Assembly (NCBI GenBank): GCA_947628775.1
Contig: CANRBI010000003.1
Span: 1 to 48,339, forward strand
DNA: 48,339 nt
Direction: 5' to 3'
Source of the DNA: an uncultured Clostridia bacterium
GTDB lineage: Bacteria; Bacillota; Clostridia; TANB77; CAG-508
The notes beneath the pieces are model-generated. The model ran no database searches. It had not been told where the DNA came from and saw only the letters and a list, made by a program, of their open reading frames with translations. The position numbers and the translations under genes are program-made. This document shows, piece by piece, positions 37,206 through 46,527 of this stretch. Each line of letters opens with the position of its first letter. Position 1 is the stretch's first letter.

Positions 37206-38351
37206 TTAATCTCCTAAGTTTATTCCTACACTTCTTGCTGTTTTTATTAAATCGTGGTCTAATGTTACTTTTCTTATGTTACTTTGTTCTGTATTTCCTG
37301 ATACTGCTCCAATTTCAGTGTTATTTCCTACTACTTCTTCTAGTGATACATCATCTAGTTTTCCGTTTTTTATTACTGTTAGTCTTCCGAATTTTCCTTC
37401 TAGTGCAAGTTGCATTGCTTTTGTTCCGTATTTTGTAGATAGTACTCTGTCAAATGCTGTTGGTGTTCCTCCTCTTTGCATATATCCTAGTGTTGTGTTT
37501 CGTGATTCTAGACCTGTTAGTTCTTCTAGTTGTTTTGCTACAACTTGTCCTACTCCTCCTAGTTTTGTGTTGTCTACTCCGTTTCCGTTGTCTCTCATAT
37601 TTTGTATTGTCATTTCTCCATTTATTGGTTTTGCTCCTTCTGATACTACTACTATACTAAAGTTTTTACCCCTTTTTTGTCTGTTTTTTATTTTTGATGC
37701 TACTTTTTCTATGTCATATGGTATTTCTGGTATTAATGCTACATCTGCTCCTCCGGCTATTGCTGCTTCTAGGGCTATCCACCCTGCATATCTTCCCATT
37801 ACTTCTAGTACCATTATTCTGTGGTGTGTTTCCCCTGTTGTGTGTAGTCTGTCTATTGCTTCCATTGCTACTGACACTGCTGTGTTGTATCCAAATGTTA
37901 TTTCTGTACATGCAACATCATTGTCTATTGTTTTTGGTACTCCTATTACATTTATTCCTTTTGTTGAAAGATCTCTGGCTGATTTTTGGGTTGCATCTCC
38001 TCCTAGTGTAAATAGACAATCAAATTCGTCTGTTTGCATATTTTTTATACATATGTCTGATAGGTCTTTATATTCTATTTCTCCGTTTTCATTTGTTATT
38101 TTATAGTTAAATACATTTGCATTTGTTGATGAACCTATTATTGAGCCACCTTTTGGTAATATTCCTTCTGCTTTTCCTTCATCAGCTGTGCTTAGTTTTA
38201 TATAGTCGTTTTTTAATAGTCCATTATATCCATCTAAAAAACCATATGCTTCTATTCCGTGGTTTTCAGCTGTTTTGACTATTCCTCTTATAACTGCATT
38301 AAATCCTGCAACATCTCCTCCATTTGCTAATATTGCTATTTTCTTTATCAT
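37206..38351 (-). CDS. pfkA: 6-phosphofructokinase (PfkA family; phosphoryl donor uncertain)
   Basis: 'IAILANGGDVAGFNAVIRG', 'LGGDAT', 'PKTIDNDV' and 'MGRYAGWIAL' are present. Confidence 0.85.
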   Translation of the reverse strand: MIKKIAILANGGDVAGFNAVIRGIVKTAENHGIEAYGFLDGYNGLLKNDYIKLSTADEGKAEGILPKGGSIIGSSTNANVFNYKITNENGEIEYKDLSDICIKNMQTDEFDCLFTLGGDATQKSARDLSTKGINVIGVPKTIDNDVACTEITFGYNTAVSVAMEAIDRLHTTGETHHRIMVLEVMGRYAGWIALEAAIAGGADVALIPEIPYDIEKVASKIKNRQKRGKNFSIVVVSEGAKPINGEMTIQNMRDNGNGVDNTKLGGVGQVVAKQLEELTGLESRNTTLGYMQRGGTPTAFDRVLSTKYGTKAMQLALEGKFGRLTVIKNGKLDDVSLEEVVGNNTEIGAVSGNTEQSNIRKVTLDHDLIKTARSVGINLGD

Positions 38352-38480
38352 ACTTTCCTCCTTTGAATATTTATTATATTTATTATACCAATATTTTTTA
38401 AAATTACAATAATTTTACCAAATTTTTTATTGATTTTTGTTATTTTGCATTGTAAAATATATGTTGATGGCGGTGAGATT

Positions 38481-39353
38481 ATGAAATTAGAATATGTTGT
38501 GAGTGTTGATAAAAATAATTGTTCTATTAATGATATTTTAAAAAATGAATTTAATATTTCTAATCGTTTACTTAGTTTTTTAATAAGAAATAACTTAGTT
38601 TTTTGTAATGGCCGCGTTTGTGATACTCGTAATTTGGTTAGTTTGGGTGATGTTATTTCTGTTTCTATGGATTATATTGAGGATAATTCTAATATTGTTC
38701 CTGCTCAAATGGATTTAGATATTATATATGAAGATGAGTGGTTATTGGTTTTGAATAAACCTGCTGGTATGGCTGTTCATCCTTCTTGTTTACATTATTT
38801 AGATTCTCTTTGTAATGGTGTGTGTTATTATTTTAATGAAATTGGTTTGAAGAAGAAAATTAGAGTTGTTAATCGTTTGGATTTTTATACTTCTGGTATT
38901 GTTGTTTTTGCTAAGTGTTCTTATATTCATGAGGCTCTTTCTATGCAGATGAGTGCTGGTAATTTTTCTAAGTATTATTTTGCTTTGGTTCATGGTAAAC
39001 TTTCTGATAATGAGGGTGTTATTGATTTACCTATTGCTAGGAAAAGTGGAAGTATTATTGAAAGATGTGTTGATTTTGAAAATGGTAAAAAAAGTGTTAC
39101 TGAATATTGGGTTTGTAAGTTTTATGAAGATACTAATTGTAGTTTGGTTAAATGTCATCTTGTGACTGGAAGGACTCATCAAATTCGTGTTCATTTTGCA
39201 AGTATTGGTCATCCTTTAGTTGGTGATTCTTTGTATGGTGATAGTTGCTTAGATGATGGTCAAAAATTGCATTGTTATTGTTTGGATTTTATTCATCCTG
39301 TTACTCATGAGAATATGCATTTTGAGCAAAGAGATTTTTCTTTTGATTTATAA
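38481..39353 (+). CDS. RluA-family pseudouridine synthase (RluD-like, with N-terminal S4-like domain)
   Basis: 'LNKPAGMAVHPS', 'NRLDFYTSGIVVFAK' and 'GRTHQIRVHFASIGHPLVGDSLYG' are present. The ATG at 38481 follows a GGTGAG RBS. Confidence 0.85.
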   Translation: MKLEYVVSVDKNNCSINDILKNEFNISNRLLSFLIRNNLVFCNGRVCDTRNLVSLGDVISVSMDYIEDNSNIVPAQMDLDIIYEDEWLLVLNKPAGMAVHPSCLHYLDSLCNGVCYYFNEIGLKKKIRVVNRLDFYTSGIVVFAKCSYIHEALSMQMSAGNFSKYYFALVHGKLSDNEGVIDLPIARKSGSIIERCVDFENGKKSVTEYWVCKFYEDTNCSLVKCHLVTGRTHQIRVHFASIGHPLVGDSLYGDSCLDDGQKLHCYCLDFIHPVTHENMHFEQRDFSFDL

Positions 39354-39860
39354 TAGGGCTTTTATTTCTTCGTCTTTTTTTAGTTCTTTTGTTAGAAATT
39401 GATATGCTCTTTTGTCTTGTTTTATTGCTATTGTTGCTATTTCTTTGTTACTTCTTAGTCTATAACTTGCGTATTTTATTATTATTCCTTTATTAGCTAC
39501 TGCTGTTTTTACTACTTCTTCGTCATCTCTTAGTTTTTCTGATGCATAATATAGGGTTTGTCCATTGTTTTTTACACTTTCTAGTATTAGTTCTTTGTCT
39601 GCTCTTAGTTTTTCTGATGCGTAAAATGCTGTCCATGGTGCTGTTTTTATTGCGAGTAGTAATATTTGTTTATTGTCTTTTAGTTTGTCACTTGCAAATT
39701 CTAGTGCTTCTCCATCTTGTTTTACTGCTTCTGTTACTATTTCTTGATCATTTTGTAGTTCTGGAGAGGCGTATTCTAGTAGTTTTCCTTGTTTTTTTAC
39801 TTTTTCTAGTATGTATTGTTTGTTGTTTGAGTTTTGTTTTATTTCTTCTATGTCATCCAT
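39348..39860 (-). CDS. DUF4116 repeat protein
   Basis: It contains tandem repeats of about 30 aa of the form 'AVKQDGEALEFASDKLKDNKQILLLAIK'. Confidence 0.7.
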   Translation of the reverse strand: MDDIEEIKQNSNNKQYILEKVKKQGKLLEYASPELQNDQEIVTEAVKQDGEALEFASDKLKDNKQILLLAIKTAPWTAFYASEKLRADKELILESVKNNGQTLYYASEKLRDDEEVVKTAVANKGIIIKYASYRLRSNKEIATIAIKQDKRAYQFLTKELKKDEEIKALL

Positions 39861-39862
39861 TA

Positions 39863-40531
39863 TTATTCCCCTTTTAATTTTGCAATTAGTGCTTTTATTG
39901 GTATTCCTTGATTTGTAAACATTTCTTCGTGTTCTGTTATTATATTTGTTTCAAATATTGGATTTTGGTGTAAATCTCTTGTTTGTTTTTGTATTTCAAA
40001 TTGTGATTCTTGCATGTATATCAGTGTTGAGTTAAATAAATCTTCATCATCTGTTTTGAAGTATATTTCGGCTTGTGGGTTTAAAAATGTTTTGTATTTT
40101 TCTAGTTGCCTTGTGTGTGTTAGTCTTTTTTTTCTGTGTTTTCCTTTTGGCCATGGATTACAGAAATTTATGTATATTCTTTTTATATCATCTTGTTTAT
40201 CTAGTATTAATGGTATTCTTTCTATGTCAAATCTTGTTATTGCTATGTTTTTTGGTTCTATGTTTTTTTCTTTGTAGGTTTGTTCTATGTTGCGTTTTGC
40301 AAGACCTAGCATTGCATCAATTAGGTCTATTGCTATGTAGTTTATGTTTAGGTTTTCTGATGCTAATTTTGATATGAATTGACCTTTTCCACATCCTAGT
40401 TCTAGGTGTATTGGATTTTGGGGATTTTCAAAAAAATCTTTCCAGTTTCCTTTGTATTCTTCTGGTGTGTCTGTGTAAAATTTTGAGGCTTCTAGTTCTG
40501 GTCTTGCCCATTTTTTGTATCTTATTCTCAT
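39863..40531 (-). CDS. trmB: tRNA (guanine46-N7)-methyltransferase
   Basis: 'HLELGCGKGQFI' is the SAM motif. 'INFCNPWPKGKHRKKRL' is the conserved TrmB segment. Confidence 0.9.
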   Translation of the reverse strand: MRIRYKKWARPELEASKFYTDTPEEYKGNWKDFFENPQNPIHLELGCGKGQFISKLASENLNINYIAIDLIDAMLGLAKRNIEQTYKEKNIEPKNIAITRFDIERIPLILDKQDDIKRIYINFCNPWPKGKHRKKRLTHTRQLEKYKTFLNPQAEIYFKTDDEDLFNSTLIYMQESQFEIQKQTRDLHQNPIFETNIITEHEEMFTNQGIPIKALIAKLKGE

Positions 40532-40554
40532 TTTGCTTCCTTTCTTATATTAAA

Positions 40555-40904
<350 letters not shown>

Positions 40905-40915
40905 TTGTTATTATA

Positions 40916-41908
40916 TCATATTGTGCTTAATTCTTCTAGTGTATTTTTGTATTTTATTAAAAAAATTCTTGAATCTTGCTTTTCTACTGATTTTTGTAGT
41001 TCACTTATCATTATATATGTTTTGTTGATACTGTATTGTTTTTCTTCTTCTGTGTCTTTTTGTGTCATTAGTTTTGTAAATTCTTCTACTGCTGATGAGG
41101 TATTTTTTGATATTTCTTCCCAGTTTTCTCCTTCTAAGTTACTATATGCTTTGAATATATGTGATTTTGTTCTTAGTACTGTTTTTTCTGTTTCTGATTC
41201 TAGGCTTTTATCTGCTATTTTTACTAGTATGTCATATATTGTTACTAATTGGTTTAAGGTGTTTGATTTGTTTTCTTCTTGTATTACTTTTGTTAGGTTG
41301 TCATATTCTGAATTTAGGCTTAGTATGTCTTGCTCATCTGCTTGTGTTTGGTATAAATCTAGTGTGATTGTTGGTATTGATAGATATATGTTTTCTATTT
41401 CATTTTTTATTTTTTTCCAATCTATTTGTTCTGTTGTTGTTAATACTCCTGTTTGTTCTAAATTAAATGTTTGGGTATTACTTCCACTTGAATTTCCTGA
41501 ACTTTTTACTCCTCCTGAACCACTTGTGCTATCTGAACTTGATTCACTTCCTTCTGATTCTGATTGTGAGTTTGTTTCTGAGCCTGAACTTGATTCTGAT
41601 CCTCCACTGTCACTTTGTCCTTTTTCACTTGATTGTGAGTTTTGACTTTCTTCATTGCTTTTTTGGTTGCTTGATTCAGGGCTTATTTCACTTATGGTTA
41701 TTTTATAGTTTTCATATTCTATGTTATTCATTTGATTAAACATTTTTACTAGGTTTTGCTCTAGATATTTTACTTCTGATTTTGCTTTTTCTTGGATTTC
41801 TTTTTCTTTGTTTTGGTTTGATGATATTACTTTATATGTTCCAAAACTTGTTGCAAGTATTAAGAATAAGATTATACAGATATATGCAATTATTTTGTAT
41901 TTTTTCAA
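40916..41908 (-). CDS. Hypothetical N-terminally anchored protein with Ser/Glu-rich low-complexity segment
   Basis: 330 aa with the TM 'IIAYICIILFLILATSF' and a central 'SQSSEKGQSDSGGSESSSGSETNSQSESEGSESSSDS'. It was chosen over the antisense plus-strand ORF 40905..41645. Confidence 0.5.
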   Translation of the reverse strand: MKKYKIIAYICIILFLILATSFGTYKVISSNQNKEKEIQEKAKSEVKYLEQNLVKMFNQMNNIEYENYKITISEISPESSNQKSNEESQNSQSSEKGQSDSGGSESSSGSETNSQSESEGSESSSDSTSGSGGVKSSGNSSGSNTQTFNLEQTGVLTTTEQIDWKKIKNEIENIYLSIPTITLDLYQTQADEQDILSLNSEYDNLTKVIQEENKSNTLNQLVTIYDILVKIADKSLESETEKTVLRTKSHIFKAYSNLEGENWEEISKNTSSAVEEFTKLMTQKDTEEEKQYSINKTYIMISELQKSVEKQDSRIFLIKYKNTLEELSTI

Positions 41909-42022
41909 TTTAATTCCTCCTTAATTTCTAGTATTTACAAATTTATTTGTGTTTATGCAAAGTATATTTTTTATTTTTTGATTTATAATATATAATGGAT
42001 TTATTTTCTATAAGGAGTTAAT

Positions 42023-42301
42023 ATGGTTTATGTTAATTTGATTAGTAAAAAAAGTGGTGAAGTTAATAGATTTTTGAGTAGTTTTTATAATACTGATTTT
42101 GGGCTTGAATCTGATTCTAATTGGGGTAAGAGTTTTTTAAATCCTATTGAGATTGCTGAAATTGTTGGTACTTATGCTGATAATTTTGAGGATTATTCTT
42201 TAGATATGTGGATTTCTCTTGATAAAAATGTTTTTATTTGTATAACTGATAAAAATGCTGATGATATTATTAGGTATTTGTATGAAAGGTTTCCTTATTA
42301 A
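42023..42301 (+). CDS. Hypothetical small protein (92 aa)
   Basis: It has normal composition and is followed by a long palindromic terminator-like structure at 42301-42345. Confidence 0.4.
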   Translation: MVYVNLISKKSGEVNRFLSSFYNTDFGLESDSNWGKSFLNPIEIAEIVGTYADNFEDYSLDMWISLDKNVFICITDKNADDIIRYLYERFPY

Positions 42302-42349
42302 AATATACTCAATTATAAGACAAATGTCTTTTATTGAGTATATTTTTGT

Positions 42350-42979
42350 TTAATTATTTTCTTCTTTTTTTACATCTGATTCTATTTCTACTGTGTTTTG
42401 TAGTTCATCTTTGCTTTTTTGTTCTTCTTCTTCTGTTAGTTTTTCTGGTTCTTGTTGTGGTTCTTCTTCTTTTTCTGGTTCTTCTATTATTTCTGGCTCT
42501 GGTTCTGTTGTTTCTTCTTCGATTTCTTCATTATTTGTTTCTGTTTCAAAGTCTACTTTTTCTAGTCTATCTAGTATTTCTACTTCTTTTGCTTGTTTTT
42601 CTTCTTTTGTTTCGTCTTCTTGTTTTGTTCCACATTCTGGGCAGTAGTTCATGTCTTTTTCTATTTCTTTGTAGCATTTTTGGCATTGTTTTTTGTTCCT
42701 TAGGTCTAAACATTCTTTTAGATTGTTTTCTATTTCTTCACATAGTGAGTCTATTTTTGCACATTCTTCTTTTAGGTCTGTTTCTATGTCTACTCCTTCT
42801 CCTCTTACATGTCTTTCATATATTGTTTTTCCTATTTGTTTGTACATGTCATTTACTTTGCTTTTTAGGTCACTTATTTTCATTCTTAGTTTTGCTTCTC
42901 TTGCGATTTTTCCGGTTTTATCTGCTGTTACTTTGTATGCTTCACTTGCTTTTTTTCCAAGTTTGTCTAAAAATTCCAT
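42350..42979 (-). CDS. Zinc-ribbon domain protein with acidic C-terminal tail
   Basis: It carries the 'CQKCYKEIEKDMNYCPECG' CxxC..CxxC ribbon. The N-terminus is coiled-coil-like. Confidence 0.55.
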   Translation of the reverse strand: MEFLDKLGKKASEAYKVTADKTGKIAREAKLRMKISDLKSKVNDMYKQIGKTIYERHVRGEGVDIETDLKEECAKIDSLCEEIENNLKECLDLRNKKQCQKCYKEIEKDMNYCPECGTKQEDETKEEKQAKEVEILDRLEKVDFETETNNEEIEEETTEPEPEIIEEPEKEEEPQQEPEKLTEEEEQKSKDELQNTVEIESDVKKEENN

Positions 42980-43139
42980 TTTTTAATCCTCCTTTTTTCG
43001 CTCATATGGAGCGATTGGCATGTGTTTTGCACTAGCTATGTAAGCTTTTTTAGTGAAATGCCTTTTTTATATTATTTGTATTATTTTATTTATTTATTCA
43101 TTTGTTTATTCTTCTTTTAATTTGACATGAAAAAATTTT

Positions 43140-44126
43140 TTAATTTTCAGTTTTTTTGTCTCTTGTCATTAAATTATGTACTGCTGTTTTTGCATCTAGA
43201 TTGTTGTATATTACATTATATGCTGTGTATATTATTGGTACTTCTATGTTGTACTTTTTACTTAGTTCATATGCTACATCTATGTTGTCTATACTTTCTA
43301 TTACCATTCCTACTTCTTGTTTTGCTTCTTCTAGTGTTTTGCCTTGTCCTATTAGTTTTCCGGCTCTTCTGTTTCTGCTGTGTTCACTTAAACATGTTAC
43401 TATTAGGTCTCCTAATCCACTTAGTCCATAAAATGTGCCTTTTTCTCCGCCTAGGGCTTCACCTAGTCTTGATAATTCTCCTAATCCTCTTGTGATTAGT
43501 GCTGCAAATGTATTGTCTCCTAGTCCTATTCCTGCTGCTACTCCTGCACAAAATGCTATTATGTTTTTTAGGGCTCCTCCTAGTTCTACTCCTTTTATGT
43601 CTGATGATGTGTATATTCTCATGTGTGGACACATAAATGCTTCTTGTATTTCGTCTTTTATTTGTTGGTCTTTAGATGCTATTACTAGTACTGTTGGCAT
43701 TGATATTGATACTTCTTCTGCATGGCTTGGTCCTGATAATGCTCCTATCCTTACTTCTGGATATTCTTCTTTTATTACTTCATCTAGTGTTTTTAGTGTG
43801 TCTTTTTCAAATCCTTTTGAGCAGATTATTACTGGTGTGTTTTTTACGTATTGTTTGTATTGTTTAAATATTTCTCTTGTGAATTTTGATGGTGTTACAT
43901 GTAGTATGAAATCTGGGTTTGTTAACACTTCTTCAAATTTTGTTGAGCAATATACGTTTTGAGGTATTTTTGCTTTTGGTAAAAATTTGCATTTTTTTTC
44001 GTTGTTTATTAGGTCTTTTTCTTCTTCTGAAAATGACCATATTTTTACATTATGTCCTAGCTGTGCTAGGTGTATTGCAAGTGCTGTTCCCCAACTTCCA
44101 CTTCCTATTATTGCTATATTTTTCAT
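43140..44126 (-). CDS. gpsA: NAD(P)H-dependent glycerol-3-phosphate dehydrogenase
   Basis: 'IAIIGSGSWGTALA' and 'GALKNIIAFCAG' are present, and the gene lies in synteny with plsY and der. Confidence 0.95.
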   Translation of the reverse strand: MKNIAIIGSGSWGTALAIHLAQLGHNVKIWSFSEEEKDLINNEKKCKFLPKAKIPQNVYCSTKFEEVLTNPDFILHVTPSKFTREIFKQYKQYVKNTPVIICSKGFEKDTLKTLDEVIKEEYPEVRIGALSGPSHAEEVSISMPTVLVIASKDQQIKDEIQEAFMCPHMRIYTSSDIKGVELGGALKNIIAFCAGVAAGIGLGDNTFAALITRGLGELSRLGEALGGEKGTFYGLSGLGDLIVTCLSEHSRNRRAGKLIGQGKTLEEAKQEVGMVIESIDNIDVAYELSKKYNIEVPIIYTAYNVIYNNLDAKTAVHNLMTRDKKTEN

Positions 44127-44149
44127 TGTTATTTTTCCTTTCTTTTGTT

Positions 44150-44785
44150 TTATTCTGGTTTTTTGAATGATATTTTATTTTCTGTTCCTGATAGCATTCT
44201 TTTTATGTTGCTTCTGTGGTTGTATAGTACGATAGCTGCTAGTATTATACTGTATATGAAGTATGAGCTTCCTTCTGTTACTATGTAGTTGTCTTTTATA
44301 AATAGGGTTAGTACTGGGAATAGTACTGCTGCTGCACATGAGCCTAGTGATACCATTTGGGTAAGTGCTATTAATACTAGTCCAAATACTAAACATATTA
44401 GACCTATTTGCCAGTTTGTCATTAGTATTATTCCAAGTGATGTTGCAATTCCCTTTCCTCCTTTAAATCCAAAGAATATTGGGAAGGTGTGACCTATTAC
44501 TACTGCTATTGCTGCTATTTGTACTAGACGTGCTTTGTCTATGTCTTTTGCTATGTTTCCTACTATTATTGCTATTACTATTGCTATTACTCCTTTTAGT
44601 ATGTCACATATTAATGTTAGTAATGCTGCTCCTTTTCCTACTGAACGTAACATGTTTGTTGTTCCTGCGTTTCCACTTCCCTTTTCTCTAACATCAAATC
44701 CTGCGAATTTTTTACTTATTATTACTGAGAAATTTATGCTTCCTATTAAATATGCGATTATTGCTATAATACAATATACTACCAT
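44150..44785 (-). CDS. plsY: Glycerol-3-phosphate acyltransferase PlsY
   Basis: 'GSGNAGTTN' and 'GFKGGKG(I)AT' are PlsY motifs in a polytopic membrane protein. Confidence 0.95.
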   Translation of the reverse strand: MVVYCIIAIIAYLIGSINFSVIISKKFAGFDVREKGSGNAGTTNMLRSVGKGAALLTLICDILKGVIAIVIAIIVGNIAKDIDKARLVQIAAIAVVIGHTFPIFFGFKGGKGIATSLGIILMTNWQIGLICLVFGLVLIALTQMVSLGSCAAAVLFPVLTLFIKDNYIVTEGSSYFIYSIILAAIVLYNHRSNIKRMLSGTENKISFKKPE

Positions 44786-44832
44786 TTTTTTTACCTTACA
44801 TAATTTTTAAATTATGCTTTCCCTTGTATAAT

Positions 44833-44875
44833 ATATTTAGGTTTTTGGATAAGGTTGTGCCTATAAACCTTTTTT
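44833..44875. repeat. Copy A of the recurrent upstream motif (between der stop and plsY start)
   Basis: atatttaggtttttggAtaaggttgtgcctataaacc is 36/37 identical to copy B at 46225. Confidence 0.7.
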
Positions 44876-46202
44876 ATAGGTCTTTTTCATTTTTTTCTCT
44901 TGCTATTATTCGTACTGGTGTACCTTGTAAGCCGAATTCTTTGCGAAATTGGTTTATTAGGTATCTTTCATATGAGAAGTGAAATAGATCTATACTGTTT
45001 ACAAATATGACAAATGTTGGTGGTTTTGTTGAAGCTTGTGTGCCATAGAATATTTTTAGTCGTTTTCCTTTGTCTGTTGGTGGTTGTACTATTGCTATTG
45101 CTTCATTTATTACTTGGTTTAGTGTTGATGTTGTTATTCTCATTGAGTTTTGTTTTGCTACTTCATTTATCATTTCAAATAGTTTGTTTACTCTTTGCCC
45201 TGTTTTGGCTGATATAAATATGATTGGTGCATATGATAGATATGCAAGTTTGTTGTATACGTCTTTTTTGTATTTTTCTAGTGTTCCTGTTTCTTTTTCT
45301 ATTTCGTCCCATTTGTTTACTACTATTATTATTCCTTTTCCTGCTTCATGGGCTTCTCCTGCTATTTTGGTGTCTTGTTCTGTTACTCCTTCTTTTGCAT
45401 CTATCATCATTAGGCAGACATCTGCTCTTTCTATTGCAAGTAGGCTTCGCATTACACTGTATTTTTCTATTTTTTCGTTTACTTTGCTTTTTTTGCGAAT
45501 TCCGGCTGTGTCGATTAATATGTATTTGCCGTGTTCGTTTTCAAATTGTGTGTCTATTGCATCTCTTGTTGTTCCTGCTATATCACTTACTATTGTTCTG
45601 TTTTCTCCGATTATTTTGTTTATTAGTGATGATTTACCTACATTTGGTTTACCTATTATTGCTACTTTTATTGTGTCATCATTTTCTTCATCTTGGTCTT
45701 TTTCTGGGAAGTATTTGTATATTTCGTCTAGTACATCTCCTATTCCTATTGCATTTGTTGATGATATTGCATATGGTTCACCTATTCCGAGGTTATAGAA
45801 TTCATATATTTCTTGTTTGTCTTTTTCGTAGTTGTCTGCTTTGTTACATACTAATACTATTGGTTTTTTGGATTTTTTTAGCATTAGTGCTATTTCTTTG
45901 TCTGCTGCTGTAACTCCTTGTTTTATGTCTGTTAGAAATACGATTACATCTGCCATTTCTATTGCTAGATTTGCTTGTTCTCGCATTTGTGATAATATGA
46001 TGTCTTCTGATTCTGGTTCTATTCCTCCTGTGTCTATTATTGTGAAGTTTCTGCCTCTCCAGTTTGTTTCAGCATAGACTCTGTCTCTGGTTACTCCTGG
46101 TGTGTCTTCTACTATTGATATTCTACTTCCTGCTAGGTAATTGAAAAATGTTGATTTTCCTACATTTGGCTTTCCTATTATCGCGACTATTGGTTTTGGC
46201 AT
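44874..46202 (-). CDS. der: Ribosome-associated GTPase Der/EngA (double GTPase domains plus KH-like domain)
   Basis: It has two G1 motifs, '[12 protein letters not shown]' and '[12 protein letters not shown]'. Confidence 0.97.
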   Translation of the reverse strand: MPKPIVAIIGKPNVGKSTFFNYLAGSRISIVEDTPGVTRDRVYAETNWRGRNFTIIDTGGIEPESEDIILSQMREQANLAIEMADVIVFLTDIKQGVTAADKEIALMLKKSKKPIVLVCNKADNYEKDKQEIYEFYNLGIGEPYAISSTNAIGIGDVLDEIYKYFPEKDQDEENDDTIKVAIIGKPNVGKSSLINKIIGENRTIVSDIAGTTRDAIDTQFENEHGKYILIDTAGIRKKSKVNEKIEKYSVMRSLLAIERADVCLMMIDAKEGVTEQDTKIAGEAHEAGKGIIIVVNKWDEIEKETGTLEKYKKDVYNKLAYLSYAPIIFISAKTGQRVNKLFEMINEVAKQNSMRITTSTLNQVINEAIAIVQPPTDKGKRLKIFYGTQASTKPPTFVIFVNSIDLFHFSYERYLINQFRKEFGLQGTPVRIIAREKNEKDL

Positions 46203-46224
46203 TTTTTGTTTTCCTTGCTTTTCT

Positions 46225-46266
46225 ATATTTAGGTTTTTGGGTAAGGTTGTGCCTATAAACCTTTTT
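46225..46266. repeat. Copy B of the recurrent upstream motif (upstream of der)
   Basis: See copy A. It lies 22 nt upstream of the der ATG. Confidence 0.7.
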
Positions 46267-46440
46267 ATATTAATTATCTATATTTTACTATATTTTCTTT
46301 TTTTTGACAAGGGGATTATTTTTTTTAGTCATTGTCTATTACATTTTTAAATCTTTTCCATTGTTTATATTCTAAAATTTTCATTAGTTCTCGTGCATAC
46401 TAAATATTCTATATTATAGTTGATTATGAAGTTAGATATT

Positions 46441-46466
46441 AAAAAAACCGGCTAATAATAAGCCGG
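46441..46466 (-). terminator. Rho-independent terminator after the partial surface-protein gene
   Basis: The stem ccggct/agccgg with a 7-nt loop is followed on the minus strand by U7. Confidence 0.7.
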
Positions 46467-46527
46467 TATGGTTATTTTTTGAGGATTTATTTTATATTCT
46501 TTGGGAATGTAAATTTAAAGTTAAGTG

